A DNA stretch of 64,000 nt from an uncultured Planctomycetota bacterium (GCA_963823665.1 CAWGMQ010000008.1:640001-704000), one strand, 5' to 3'. Counted from the first letter of the stretch, positions 30,896-41,117 are shown. Program-made: numbers and translations. Notes: generated by a model not told the origin, from the letters alone.

Positions 30896-32369
30896 TTAGC
30901 GGGTCAAGTTCAGTTCGTAGTTGATCCGGTGTTGCGGAACGTTTACTCCGCCCGGCGAAAACGGGGCCGTGATGGTGGCGCGATTCCCGTTTACGCGATA
31001 CTCGAATGGCTTCCCCGTCGCGCTATCGAGCGGCACTGGGGCTTCGGTGATCTCCTCCAATCGCGAAGGGAGCTTGCCGTGAACCGCAGCATAAAGCCGG
31101 ACGGCCTCGATGCTCTGAATCGCGTCCAGCCGCCGCTCCGATAAGGCCAGACTGAGCCCACACGACCGCACTGCGGGAATCAGCATGGTGAAGAGCTTGT
31201 AGAGATACTTCCCCTCCGTACGGCTCCGGTTATCGGCCGTCCATTCGTCCATACCATGGTAGCCCTGATAAAACGGCAGGCTCGTCCACTTGAAGAAATC
31301 GTCCCGATACTTCTCATACTCACGAAACGTGTGCAAGGCGGCAACCTGCACCGCCGGCATCGCCTCCACCTGCTCCGCCGGCCTGCCCCTGCGCGATGAG
31401 CGCCCGCTTGGCCTCCGGATAAGCCTGCAAAACCAGCGCCGCCATCCCCATTTTGTATTTCCAGTCCCGGAAGCCGGATCCATCGGCCCCATCCGCAATT
31501 TCGGCGAGGTGGAACAGCTTCCGTTGCAGCTCGGCCGTGAATTCCCGTGCCTTTGCAACGCTCCACGGCGGGCCATCAAGCTCACGCAGCGACGGGATCT
31601 CATTCTCCAGTAGAAAACGCTCGTTCTCGAATCCGGCCGAAAAGTCCAAGAGCGGCCGCGGCCGGTGCGCCAGCGCCCAGTAGAGGCTCGGCGCGCCGGG
31701 TGCCTGGATCAGGTCCTCCAGCGGCCTGCACATCACCTGGCACAGGTGTACGCCGATCAGCGCCTGGATGATCAGCGGGCCCTCGCTGACATGCCGCGCC
31801 ACCGCGAATCCTGCCTGGATCCAGTGCATGGCTTCATCGAGATTCCCCTCGAGGATCGCCAGCCGCGCCCGCAGCGACACCAGCCAGATCAGCGACCGCA
31901 TCTGCTGGATTTCCTCGATCAACAGATCAACGGTTTCTTCTCGTTGCTCGAAGCCCCAGTCGCATGTCTGGCGCCGTGCCCCCATCTCGATCTCGCGAAG
32001 CGAGTTGCGGTTCGCCTCAAGCAATCGCTTCACCCGATCGCGGGGAATCGACGAAAGTGGGCCGGTCACCCACTCCACGATGGTCTTGCCCCCGTTGAGA
32101 GTTGCATCCTCCGCCTTCTCGCCAGGCGTCTCACGCGCCTGCCGCTGAATCAACATCTCGATCGCGCGGTGGTAAAAAAGCGCCGCATTCCCCGCCACCA
32201 GCGAGCGGCGCTCCGGCAAGAGCTGGTATTTGAGCGCCGGCACCGGGGCCAGCGCCGGTCGCAGCACAATCTGGGTCGGCTTATCGCCGTCTGGCCCGGC
32301 ATTTACTCGCGTGACGGATGCCATCGCGGCCACAGCCATGAAGCCCAGGAACAAATAATGACGCCTCAT
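30896..32369 (-). CDS. Secreted hypothetical protein, frameshifted at ~31387
   Basis: Signal peptide; GNAALFYHRA, CDWG; C-terminal EAVRLYAAVHGKLP...PLDSATGKPFEY in the next frame. Confidence 0.75.
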
Positions 32370-32929
32370 AAGGGATCTCCCGGTTTGAGAATCTTCTGCA
32401 GCTCAATGCTCCGCAGCGTGCCCGCCGGTGCCAGCCCCGTGCCGGCGGGCAAGTCACCGCCACCAGAACGAACCGCGACAGAAGATGGCTCCTGCACGGC
32501 ATCCAGCCCGAACCGCATGACCATCGCCTGAAACCGCCGGTAGTCCGAAGCAACCGGCCACGAGGCGACCAAACGAGATTCGCCCGCCTTCGGCTCTTCC
32601 GAGTCACGATGCGGAGCGTTCCCCGCGCCGGCCTGCGGTTCTCCACCAGAAACTGCAATCGCAACTGACCCCGGCGCAGCCACGAAGACAACTCGCTCGA
32701 CGACTTGCGGGGCAGGGCGGCTCGCCAGCAAGAATGACTCGCCACAAAGCGCAAGACCCAGCGCCGCCGTGCAAGCCGGCCACGCCCATCCTCGCGTCGC
32801 CCCTCGGCTCGAGATCGCGCCGGCCTGGAACATCAGCTTGTCCCGGTCCAGCCGGCTCGAGGCCGGAACCAGTTCTCCGAGGGCCGACTCGATCGCTTTC
32901 AATTCTGGATCGGGCGGGATTTGCGGCAT
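32366..32929 (-). CDS. Putative single-TM anti-sigma factor
   Basis: ELKAIESALGELVP...LDRDKLMFQAG plus one TM; start overlaps the 3' end of the ECF gene. Confidence 0.65.
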   Translation of the reverse strand: MPQIPPDPELKAIESALGELVPASSRLDRDKLMFQAGAISSRGATRGWAWPACTAALGLALCGESFLLASRPAPQVVERVVFVAAPGSVAIAVSGGEPQAGAGNAPHRDSEEPKAGESRLVASWPVASDYRRFQAMVMRFGLDAVQEPSSVAVRSGGGDLPAGTGLAPAGTLRSIELQKILKPGDPL

Positions 32930-33411
32930 GTGACCCCCAACCTTTCCCGGATCGCGGAAAGCCCCGCGGCATAAAATCGATGCGCTGTGCTCGAAGAGCA
33001 CCCCGACAGCTCGCCAATCTGCTCGAACGTTAACCCACCCCACAGATGAGCCACGATCACCTCGCGCTCCGCGAGCGGCAGCGATTGAAGCGCGGCCGAA
33101 GCAGCGTCGGCATCCAGCGACCCGGTCCCGCCGGAGGCGTCGCTACCCGCCTCGAGCCAGACCGAAGGCTCACCCGCCGCCTCGGCCTCGTGATGCCGTC
33201 GCCTCCTGGCCGCAACCGCCGCATTGATGGCGCCGTTCCGCACAACGCGAAACAGCCACGCCCCCGGCTGCTCGGGCCGCGGTCTTTGCGCGGCCAGTTT
33301 CAAGAACGCCTCCTGGACGACATCCTCAGGCGCATGGCACCACTGGCGTGCATACAGTTCCAGCGCCGCCGCGTACCGATCGACCAAACCACCGAGCCAA
33401 TCGGAATCCAT
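32899..33411 (-). CDS. ECF sigma-70 factor (alternative start 33456)
   Basis: LELYARQW, PEDVVQEAF, AWLFRVVRN, REVIVAHLWGGLTFEQIG. Confidence 0.9.
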   Translation of the reverse strand: MDSDWLGGLVDRYAAALELYARQWCHAPEDVVQEAFLKLAAQRPRPEQPGAWLFRVVRNGAINAAVAARRRRHHEAEAAGEPSVWLEAGSDASGGTGSLDADAASAALQSLPLAEREVIVAHLWGGLTFEQIGELSGCSSSTAHRFYAAGLSAIRERLGVTCRKSRPIQN

Positions 33412-33460
33412 GCATGGCGGTCCCGGAAACCGCTGGAAGATAGTCAAGCCATTCATCCAC

Positions 33461-33488
33461 TATGACAACGCCCGCAACCGTTCGTCCC
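33461..33488 (-). promoter_or_regulatory. Possible ECF-type autoregulatory promoter
   Basis: Minus-strand GGGAC-N17-GTCATA ending a few nt before ATG 33456, compatible with a leaderless transcript. Confidence 0.3.
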
Positions 33489-33507
33489 AAAAAAATCCGT
33501 CGTCCAT

Positions 33508-33540
33508 CGAAGCCCCTCTCCAGGGGGACTTCGTTTTGTA
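33508..33540 (+). terminator. Possible intrinsic terminator hairpin
   Basis: CGAAG-CCCCT-ctcc-AGGGG...CTTCG stem followed by TTTTGT. Confidence 0.35.
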
Positions 33541-35648
33541 CATTTGACGATGCGCCTTGCTATGTAAGCATTAAGGGAACGACTCCATAGATCGTAGGTC
33601 CGGCACTCTTGCCCGATTCCCTGCTCCCGGACTTCCCTCGATTGTTCGGCCTGGTTCAGACGCGGGCAACACGCCTGGACTCCGTTCGCGTCTAACCGCC
33701 CAGTCGGGTGACTCCGTGGGGTGGGTGCAACCGAACATCCCGAGATAGCGGTACGGCCGCTGGGTTGCGACCAAACGCCGCCACATCCCAAGCCCCAACG
33801 GGGCGGCCCCTGGCTCGGGTGAGGATCCCCCGCCCGCCGGCCCACTCTCACAACGCAGCGCGAATCTCGTTGAAAATGGCCCGAGAAAGAAGGGCAAAAA
33901 CATAGTGAACAACACCATCGAATTACGATGGCAATTTTTGGTGACGCGTGCCAAGAGCTTTTGCTATCACCGAAGAACGCCATCGCTTTGTTCCTATTCC
34001 GTTATTCCGATTGAAGTTACAAAGAATCTACTCCACCCGAAGCAATCGTCGAACCCATCGACAAAATGGCAAAAAGTGGCAATATTACGGGGGTCTTCCA
34101 GCATCTGTACACCAGTGTAAACCGGCCGCTTTTCAGCAGCGTCCAGTGGTCGTGATCCGTCGGTTGTTGAAGCTGGCTCAATGCAGTTGGAATCACGGTC
34201 TCTTCCTCGAAGAAATGGATTGAGATGAAGAAGCGCACCGTCAAGCATCCCGAGTAAGTCAGGCTTTCAGCCTGACGTCCTGTCGATCGGCCGTTCGGCC
34301 AGGAACGAGAACGAGTTGTTCCCCGAATTACCCGTTATTGGGGTTCATCTCAGCGGTTCCCACACCGCCCGCCGGCGCGCGCACGCACGGCTCCTATCTA
34401 GATGATCTACAAAACCCCCGATCCATTTGCGCCGAAGATGTGGAATTCGTCCATTTCGAGCGAGATTTCTCCGTCCCGGTCCTCCATCATCGGTGCTCCG
34501 CTTTCGGTCGTCCGCCCTCCGTCAGCCGTTCCCCCGCTCGGGTTCGTTCGCGAATTCCAGCCACGTTGTCAAGTCACCGTTCATGGGTGTTTTCGTGATC
34601 GAACCTTCACTCCAATTCCAAGTTACGCAGTTCCAGCCACCTGAGCTGTCTTGGGTTCGTTCGTCACATTTTGCGACTCACGGGATTGGCGTTTCTCTCG
34701 CAGCCGCACCTGAACTGCAGCGCCGATTCTCATCTCGCGAGGGCGAACGCGGCGCAACGCCGCTGCCGCGACCATTGCGTTCACCGCCGACGTGCACCCT
34801 GTCGAATCCCGATCCGGGTATCGTGTCATATTCTCTTCCCTCGTTCGTGAGATTCGTAAGATTCGTGGTTCGACGTCCCCCCGCCATGTCACACGGCAGC
34901 CTGGCCACGCTTCGCACGCTCCAAATAAGTAGGAGTGAATGGAACTAGATGGAACTAAACGGGACTCCTGGCCCCAAAAAAATCTCATTTTGCTTGCGGA
35001 CTTGAACCCCGTCCGATCGCTGGCCGGCCCCCCCTGAATCCGTACGGAAATGCTGAGTTCCAAAGAGGATAACGCCACCAGTCCCAATCCATGATCCCTC
35101 GGGCCAACGGGTGAAAACTCATCCTCCCGTGGTCCAGACCCGTCCCACGCGCGGCACAGCTCAAAATTCGGGTGGATTTCGCCGCGTACCGATCCCCCTT
35201 TACAAGCGCAGGCCGGCCCCATTTTCCCGATTGCACAGGCGTGGTCAGGCCGAGTTGAGATCCTCGAGCACGCGCTCGAGCAAACGGAGCAGTCATTCCC
35301 GGTTCCAGAGACATGGGTGGCTCGCCCCTCGCGCCGACTCCGGTGTCGGCGATCGAGACTGAGCTACTTATATTATGGACCCACTTTCGCGATTTGGCCA
35401 TTTCGTCGACCAGAAAACCTGGGATTTTTATCCGGCTTGTAATGGATACAACGACCAACTCGATCGAAACCCAATAAGGATTTGAGTTCGCGAAGCCGAA
35501 TCTCAAATCCCGGTTCAAGAAGCCCGTTGAGCGCACCCCGCAACCTGCTGTTAGGGAAACGGTTCGACACGAGAATGGGTGATCGAGGGTCAACGGAGGG
35601 AACCGAGAGGATCGCGCCGGGTCGCCTTGGGGGATCGCTCCCCCAAGG

Positions 35649-38068
35649 GCCGGGTAAGGAGGTGACGTTACCGCCACCCCCTCCCCTCAGAACTGCACGT
35701 GAAAGTTTCCCTTCATGCAGCTCAAGCCTTCACGAACGCCCCTCGCAGGACGCGGCCGCTTTCGTCAGTCGTTCTTGGACATGGATCTGCCGATGACAGT
35801 TGGCATGCAACAACTCCAGGTTGTCGGCTGTGCCAGAACCGCCCCGGCTGCGCCAGATGCGATGGTGGAGATGCAAGTCTTCCTCTGCGATCCGCAGCGG
35901 TTGACCACAGACCACGCATCGTCCCTCTTGTTCCTTCCATAAGTATTCGATCCGACCCCGACCTGCCAGCGTTTGGCTCAGTTGCCAACCCAGTCGTGCT
36001 TCCAGGTACAGTTCCCACTTCGGATCGTAGGGATTCACGTCGCTCCGGATCTTCACATAACGAATGATCTTCACTTTGGCTGCTTCCATCAACTGGATCG
36101 GCCGGCCTTGGCCTTTCTGGTCAAACAGCGTACCGGTGAAGACCCAGTGGCGGTAACCGTCTTGCTGGAAGTATTTCTCCTTGATCCACCTCCGGCCTTT
36201 GTTCTGGTGCCGTCGTCGACACCAACGCCACAATTTCTGGAAAATCCGGTGATCCACGTACGTAAAAGTGCGCTTGCTCGCCGCGTAACGGTGGTACATG
36301 GTCCAGCCCTTGATCTGCTGATTCAAACGCCAGATCATCTCTCCTGCCGTTAGGCTGCCCGAGCCGTCGATCGTTTCCTGTATCTTGTTCAAGAACGTCT
36401 TCACGTTTCGCAAGGACGGCTTGGTGAACACCTTGCCGCAGCGATAGCGTCGCACATTCTGCCCCAAGAAATCGAAGCCATCCTCCACATGCGTGATCTG
36501 GGTTTTCTCGTGGGAAAGTTCCAAGCCGCGTTCCTTCAAGAAATGAGCCACGAGAGGTTGCACTTGGTCACGGAGGAGTTCCTTTGAGATGCCCGTGATC
36601 AAGAAGTCATCCGCATAGCGGACCAGGTGGACTTTAAACTTCCGTTGTCGCCCGTGCTTCTCGGCGAACTGTTCCGCCAACAGCCGTTGCAGTCCATCCA
36701 GAGTCCAATTCGCCAGGACGGGTGAAATGATCCCGCCTTGAGGTGTTCCTTCCGTGGTGGCGAACCAGGCGTGCTTCTCCAGGAAACCCACTTTCAGCCA
36801 TTGCCCGAGCAACTGCCGGTCCATGGGGACGTGCGTCAAGAGCCAGTCATGACTGATGCGATCAAAGCAAGCTTTGATGTCCCCTTCGAGAATCCATGCT
36901 GGACCGCTCCGATTACCCAAGACAATATGAGATTGTTCCAGGGCGTCGGCACAACGACGTTCCAGCCGAAAGCCATAGGAATGGCCGTCGGCTCGAGATT
37001 CCGCAATGGGATCGAGGCCTAGCAAGTATAATGCCTGCATGGCTCGATCTGACATGGTGGGAATTCCGAGAGGACGTCGCTTGCCGTTGCTTTTGGGAAT
37101 GTACACCCGGCGGAGCGGTTGCGGTTGGTAACCGTGCCGACGCAGAGTGCTGAAAGCAGCCGACTTGGCTTCCGGTGTGTTCCAGAGAACTCCGTCCACA
37201 CCGGGAGTCTTCGCACCCGAATTACTGATGACTCGCAAAATGGCCAGGGCCCGGCCACTGAACGAGTGCGTGAGCAGATAAACCAGAGCCTTGACCTTAT
37301 TCCATCTGCCCTCCGCAACAGCCTTCACGATACGCGCCTGGAGCCGACGGACTGTGCGCCAGACTTTCTTCCATTCGATGGAGTGCCAGTCGGGCGTAAG
37401 CTCGGGAGCCGCACCAGCAAGCATTTCTGCCGCCGACATATCTGCTTGTCTCCCTGAGTCGGTTGGCCAAGGTTCTCTCGTGACGGAACACCTGAGGGAA
37501 GTCGGCACCGCTTTCGCGGTGAGGGGATGTCGTCCGTGGGAGGACTCACCCTCTATCCGATCGACTACCGAACGGCATTGGCTTGCTCCCTCATCCTCCA
37601 CCCGCCGCCCCATCGGCGACGCCTTACGACGGTCCTACCCCGAAGGGAGGGCGACGGGCTTACCACGTTCCACGGATGAATCACGGATGGTTTAGGCTCT
37701 GCCTCTCCGCCGGTGGCTCGGATGACGACGACAGGGGATGGGAAATCCCACTGTACCTGGCCACGTACCTTTTTGGTTCAAGCCTCTCAGCGCCTTTGGC
37801 TTGTTGGATCTCACGACGTTTATCGGCAGTTCACCTGGATTAGCCATGCCATCCACCCCTGGCCCCCGACCGCATTGGCGTTCGCAGTCGCCGGATTCCC
37901 TCACGGGATATCCAACCACCCGAAGGTGAGGTTACGTTGTCCCAAGAGCTTCGCACGGTCGGATTGCTCCGGCCGCACGTCCTGGTAGGGTTCCGGTGGT
38001 CGTACATCGGGTTATGTCCTGGTTGCAAATCCAGTCATAACAGACTCATCCGCAGCTTCGTTTCGCGA
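35649..38068 (-). mobile_element. Inner RT-encoding group II intron (CL/IIB-like), 2420 nt
   Basis: 5' TCGCGAAACGAAGC; DV GAGCTGCATGAAGGGAAACTTTCACGTGCAGTTC (35723-35690); DVI with bulged A ending TTACCCGGC; EBS1 TTCCCA (37744-37739) and EBS2 AGATCC (37811-37806) match the 5' flank. Confidence 0.92.
35730..37439 (-). CDS. ltrA: Group II intron reverse transcriptase/maturase with C-terminal HNH endonuclease
   Basis: [48 protein letters not shown] domain, CVVCG...HLHH...[14 protein letters not shown]; frame intact. Confidence 0.97.
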   Translation of the reverse strand: MSAAEMLAGAAPELTPDWHSIEWKKVWRTVRRLQARIVKAVAEGRWNKVKALVYLLTHSFSGRALAILRVISNSGAKTPGVDGVLWNTPEAKSAAFSTLRRHGYQPQPLRRVYIPKSNGKRRPLGIPTMSDRAMQALYLLGLDPIAESRADGHSYGFRLERRCADALEQSHIVLGNRSGPAWILEGDIKACFDRISHDWLLTHVPMDRQLLGQWLKVGFLEKHAWFATTEGTPQGGIISPVLANWTLDGLQRLLAEQFAEKHGRQRKFKVHLVRYADDFLITGISKELLRDQVQPLVAHFLKERGLELSHEKTQITHVEDGFDFLGQNVRRYRCGKVFTKPSLRNVKTFLNKIQETIDGSGSLTAGEMIWRLNQQIKGWTMYHRYAASKRTFTYVDHRIFQKLWRWCRRRHQNKGRRWIKEKYFQQDGYRHWVFTGTLFDQKGQGRPIQLMEAAKVKIIRYVKIRSDVNPYDPKWELYLEARLGWQLSQTLAGRGRIEYLWKEQEGRCVVCGQPLRIAEEDLHLHHRIWRSRGGSGTADNLELLHANCHRQIHVQERLTKAAASCEGRS

Positions 38069-38994
38069 TTCCCACAGATCCGGACGTGTCCCATTAAGGC
38101 ATCCGGCTCGTCATGTCGCGGAGTCGCTGTCCCTCTCACGATCTGGCTGCCTTACGGGCACACGCTCTGAGGTCCAATGCCCTCGGCGTGGTTCCGGCGT
38201 CCAGTCCACGACACGGTACCCCCTTCGCTCCACAGGGTCTGGGAGGGCCCATTCCCCCGCTTCACTGCTACTACGGAGCACTCCGACTCCCGTCCGCCCA
38301 TTTCGCCGCACTTCGTTGCCTTCGTTTGGCGATACCACCCTTGCGTCTTGTTCGCTCCCAGCGACCCGACGCGGGGTCGTGGGCCGGGGAGTTGGTATTC
38401 CGGTTCCCGAGCCGGAAATGTCAGTGGAGACGGATGGGGCTCTCAGGTTCCCGAGCAACCCTCGCGTCCCTGCGCCATGTTCTTGGACCCCGGCAGGACC
38501 GAACACGCCAGGCCATTGCGGCGCGTCGACACAGCCCCCGCTTGTGTCTACAACGGAGGCTCCCACGATGAGTATTTCGGGGCTCGATAGCATGGCATGG
38601 AGACTCGCTGTCTACGCTTCGCAATGAGGGTCACCCCTCCCCACGCAAGACTTGCTTCCGGCTGCCGGCCAGGCTCTGCCGGGCGGGATTCGTTAACCCG
38701 CAGGGTCGCGATGAAAGGTTTCTGTGTTTCGAGGCACTTCCTCCTTTCTCGAGCTTTTCCTGACGCAAGGACACCCACCGATCAGCAACCGAAATTCCGA
38801 GGCGCTGACTCACGGCAACGACGTAGGCATCGAACATCATGAACTTCACTTGAGAAATCGTATACGACCTCTCCGTAGACCCATCTGCGATCGCCCACCG
38901 GGCGTGCCAGCTCCCCATCGGGGTGAACTCAACCAAAGCCGTCTGGCCGTCGACCAGCGCATCCATCCCGGCCGGCACGTAAGAAAGACCTCGT

Positions 38995-39581
38995 TTACCC
39001 CCCCCGGTCTCCTGGCGAAAACTTCACTGATCCTGGGTTGATGAGCGACTGTGTCTCCTTGATCAAGGCAGCAAACTTCAGCACAGTCAGGGTGAACTCG
39101 GTGAGCTGCTCGCGACCCTCGGGACCGACCCAGACATACGTGTGCCCGCACTTCCCGACGCAGCAGGCGTCCTTCGGAACATCGCGCTTGCGGCCTACGT
39201 GAAACCAGCCAGGCTCGATGTTGGCGAGGTCAACCGGAGCAATCGCAGCTCGCTCGCATCAATCACCGGTGCCACACCCCACTGGGCAACAGCGGTCCTC
39301 GAGCCCAGGAGCTGCGGGAACCACGTGACCGGAGGGCCGATGTCCAGCGCCGCGCCCCCCGAGATCGAATCGGTGACCTGTGTCGTCCCCTCGCGCAGAT
39401 TGACGTGCCACGGGAGTGCAGACGGGTTCGTTGCGAACTGCGCGAGGTTATCCAGAACTTGCTGGTACTGCAGCTCGGGCAGAGAGCTTCCCTGGTTGAT
39501 CGTTCGATGCCGAAGCCTACCGGACGTGCATCCCGTTGAAGCAACCAGGCCGACGACAATGAAGACCATGGCAGGTCGCAT
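38995..39581 (-). pseudogene. Planctomycete lipoprotein disrupted at ~39233 (frameshift or internal deletion)
   Basis: Lipobox STGC, QQVLDNLA; C-terminal PGWFHVGRKRDVPKDACCVG...FSPGDRGG* lies in another frame. Confidence 0.6.
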
Positions 39582-39695
39582 GGAGTTCCCGGAACGCGCC
39601 GAACAAATGGCTTATGCGGCCTATATCGGCGAATCGTCGTTCTTTCGTGAGGATCGTGGTCATCTTGCCTCGATCCGCGCGGCTCGCTCCGGCCG

Positions 39696-40124
39696 TCACC
39701 ACCAGTGTCTCCTCAACTCCTCCGAGTTCACAATCCGGATGCCGACCCAGAGGTACAACCCCACAAGGGACAATACCACGAGGATGACTCCGGCCTTGAC
39801 GAAGATGCCGCCTCGGTCGAATCGGTTCGCGAGATCCGCAAATCCAATCCCGAGCGCGATCTCGACCCAGCCAACCATCGAAATCGCCAGCGGTAACGCC
39901 GTCACCGCACCAACCGGGATCAACCAGTGACCCGTCAGTCGCCCGATCGCGTAGAGCGCGAGGATGATCAGAGCGGTCAGAGCAAATCCTCCGACCACTT
40001 TCGTCAATCCTCGAACACGTGGGTTCGACACGAGACGCGCAATCGCCGCCCGCGATCCCTCAGGCAACGGCGCCAGCAAGAGACCGAAAACGCGGTCCTC
40101 AAACCGCCGCACGGCATCGCACAC
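39696..40124 (-). CDS. Hypothetical membrane protein (about 3 TM)
   Basis: Three hydrophobic segments; start codon uncertain. Confidence 0.55.
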   Translation of the reverse strand: MCDAVRRFEDRVFGLLLAPLPEGSRAAIARLVSNPRVRGLTKVVGGFALTALIILALYAIGRLTGHWLIPVGAVTALPLAISMVGWVEIALGIGFADLANRFDRGGIFVKAGVILVVLSLVGLYLWVGIRIVNSEELRRHWW

Positions 40125-40195
40125 CTTCGACAGCCAGATCCAGGAGGTGTGTGCATCACCGTGCCAATGTATAATGAGGGACAGGAGGCGTTGCC

Positions 40196-40949
40196 ATGCC
40201 GATTCACGATTGGTCTCGGGTACCCGCAGGGCTATTTCACGACTTTCACCAAACTTGGTCGATCCAGATCAAGATGGCACTCAATGCTGGAATCTTACCC
40301 AAAGGCATCTCCGCCCTGGTCGAACAGCGCTCCGGCCCTCGAGAATCGGACGTTCTTGCCATCGAACGGCGCGCTAACCCGTCGCGTGTGGGATTGGGCA
40401 GTGCTGGCGGCGTGGCGACCATGGAACCTCCGACCGTTCGATTCGTGAGCCGCACCACGAAGGAGATCTACGCCGCGCGCGCGAACCGCATCGTCGTCAA
40501 GCACCATCTGGGCCGTACCATCGCCGTGATCGAGATCGTCTCGCCAGGAAACAAGGATAGCCGTGCCGCCTTGCGCGACTTCGTCGACAAGACAATCGAC
40601 TTCCTGCGCGCCGGCATTCACGTCCTCGTGATCGACCTGTTCCCGCCAACGCCCCGTGACCCGTTTGGTATCCACAAAGTCATCTGGGATGAAATCGAGG
40701 AGAAGGACTTCACGCTACCAGAGGGTAAGGATCGCATTCTGGCCTCCTACGAAACCGGGGGGGTGCGCAGCCTACGTCGAGGCGGTCGGCGTCGGCGACG
40801 CGCTGCCGGACATGCCTCTCTTCTTGACGAATAGCTGGCACGTGCCGGTGCCACTGGAACCAACCTATCAGGCAACCTGGGACGCCAGTCCCGAGGATTA
40901 CCGCACCGCTGTTGAAACCGGCGTGATGCCTGAGCTCGATGCAGAGTAA
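40196..40949 (+). CDS. DUF4058 family protein, frameshifted near the G7 run at ~40760
   Basis: MPIHDWSRVPAGLFHDFHQTW, IEIVSPGNK; C-terminal AYVEAVGVGDALPDMPLFL...VPLEPTYQ; TATAAT (40170-40175) and AGGAGG upstream. Confidence 0.85.
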
Positions 40950-41022
40950 GCAGGCCGACCTGGGCGAAGGGACCAACTTCATGCTGGTTGTCGACCAGTT
41001 CGAAGAGATCTTTCGCTTCCAC
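40950..41022 (+). pseudogene. Short remnant of a STAND (nSTAND1-like) NTPase
   Basis: GTNFMLVVDQFEEIFRF Walker-B signature with no Walker A and no continuation. Confidence 0.5.
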
Positions 41023-41117
41023 GGCGTGAGCCGGGCCCTTGCGCATCAACTCTGGTGCCCGTATCATGGATTAGAATTTCAAAAAATACTTGGCGTCCGC
41101 ATGGCTGGATTTAATTG

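Larger units (their letters stand above)
35616..38768 (-). mobile_element. Outer ORF-less group II intron (class E-like RNA), ~730 nt without the insert, interrupted between DV and DVI
   Basis: 5' TTGCGTCAGG at 38768; ~100-nt DIV stem TGTCGTGGA/TCCGCGACA with no ORF; DV GAGCCGGATGCCTTAATGGGACACGTCCGGATC (38109-38077); displaced DVI CCTTGGGGG-AGCGAT-CCCCCAAGG-CG-A-CCCGGC (35648-35616). Confidence 0.85.

Noticed and set aside
4730..32369. Programmed frameshifting or widespread pseudogenisation
   Set aside because: No consistent slippery motif, unrelated genes are affected, and there is no other decay; sequencing error is more parsimonious.
35730..37439. Retron, DGR or defence-associated RT
   Set aside because: It has the X/maturase and HNH domains and lies inside a full DI-DVI intron RNA; no TR/VR pair or msr-msd was seen.
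37440..38778. Short ORFs across the intron RNA, including the 58-aa RT extension to 37613
   Set aside because: They overlap structured ribozyme domains and contain no protein motifs.
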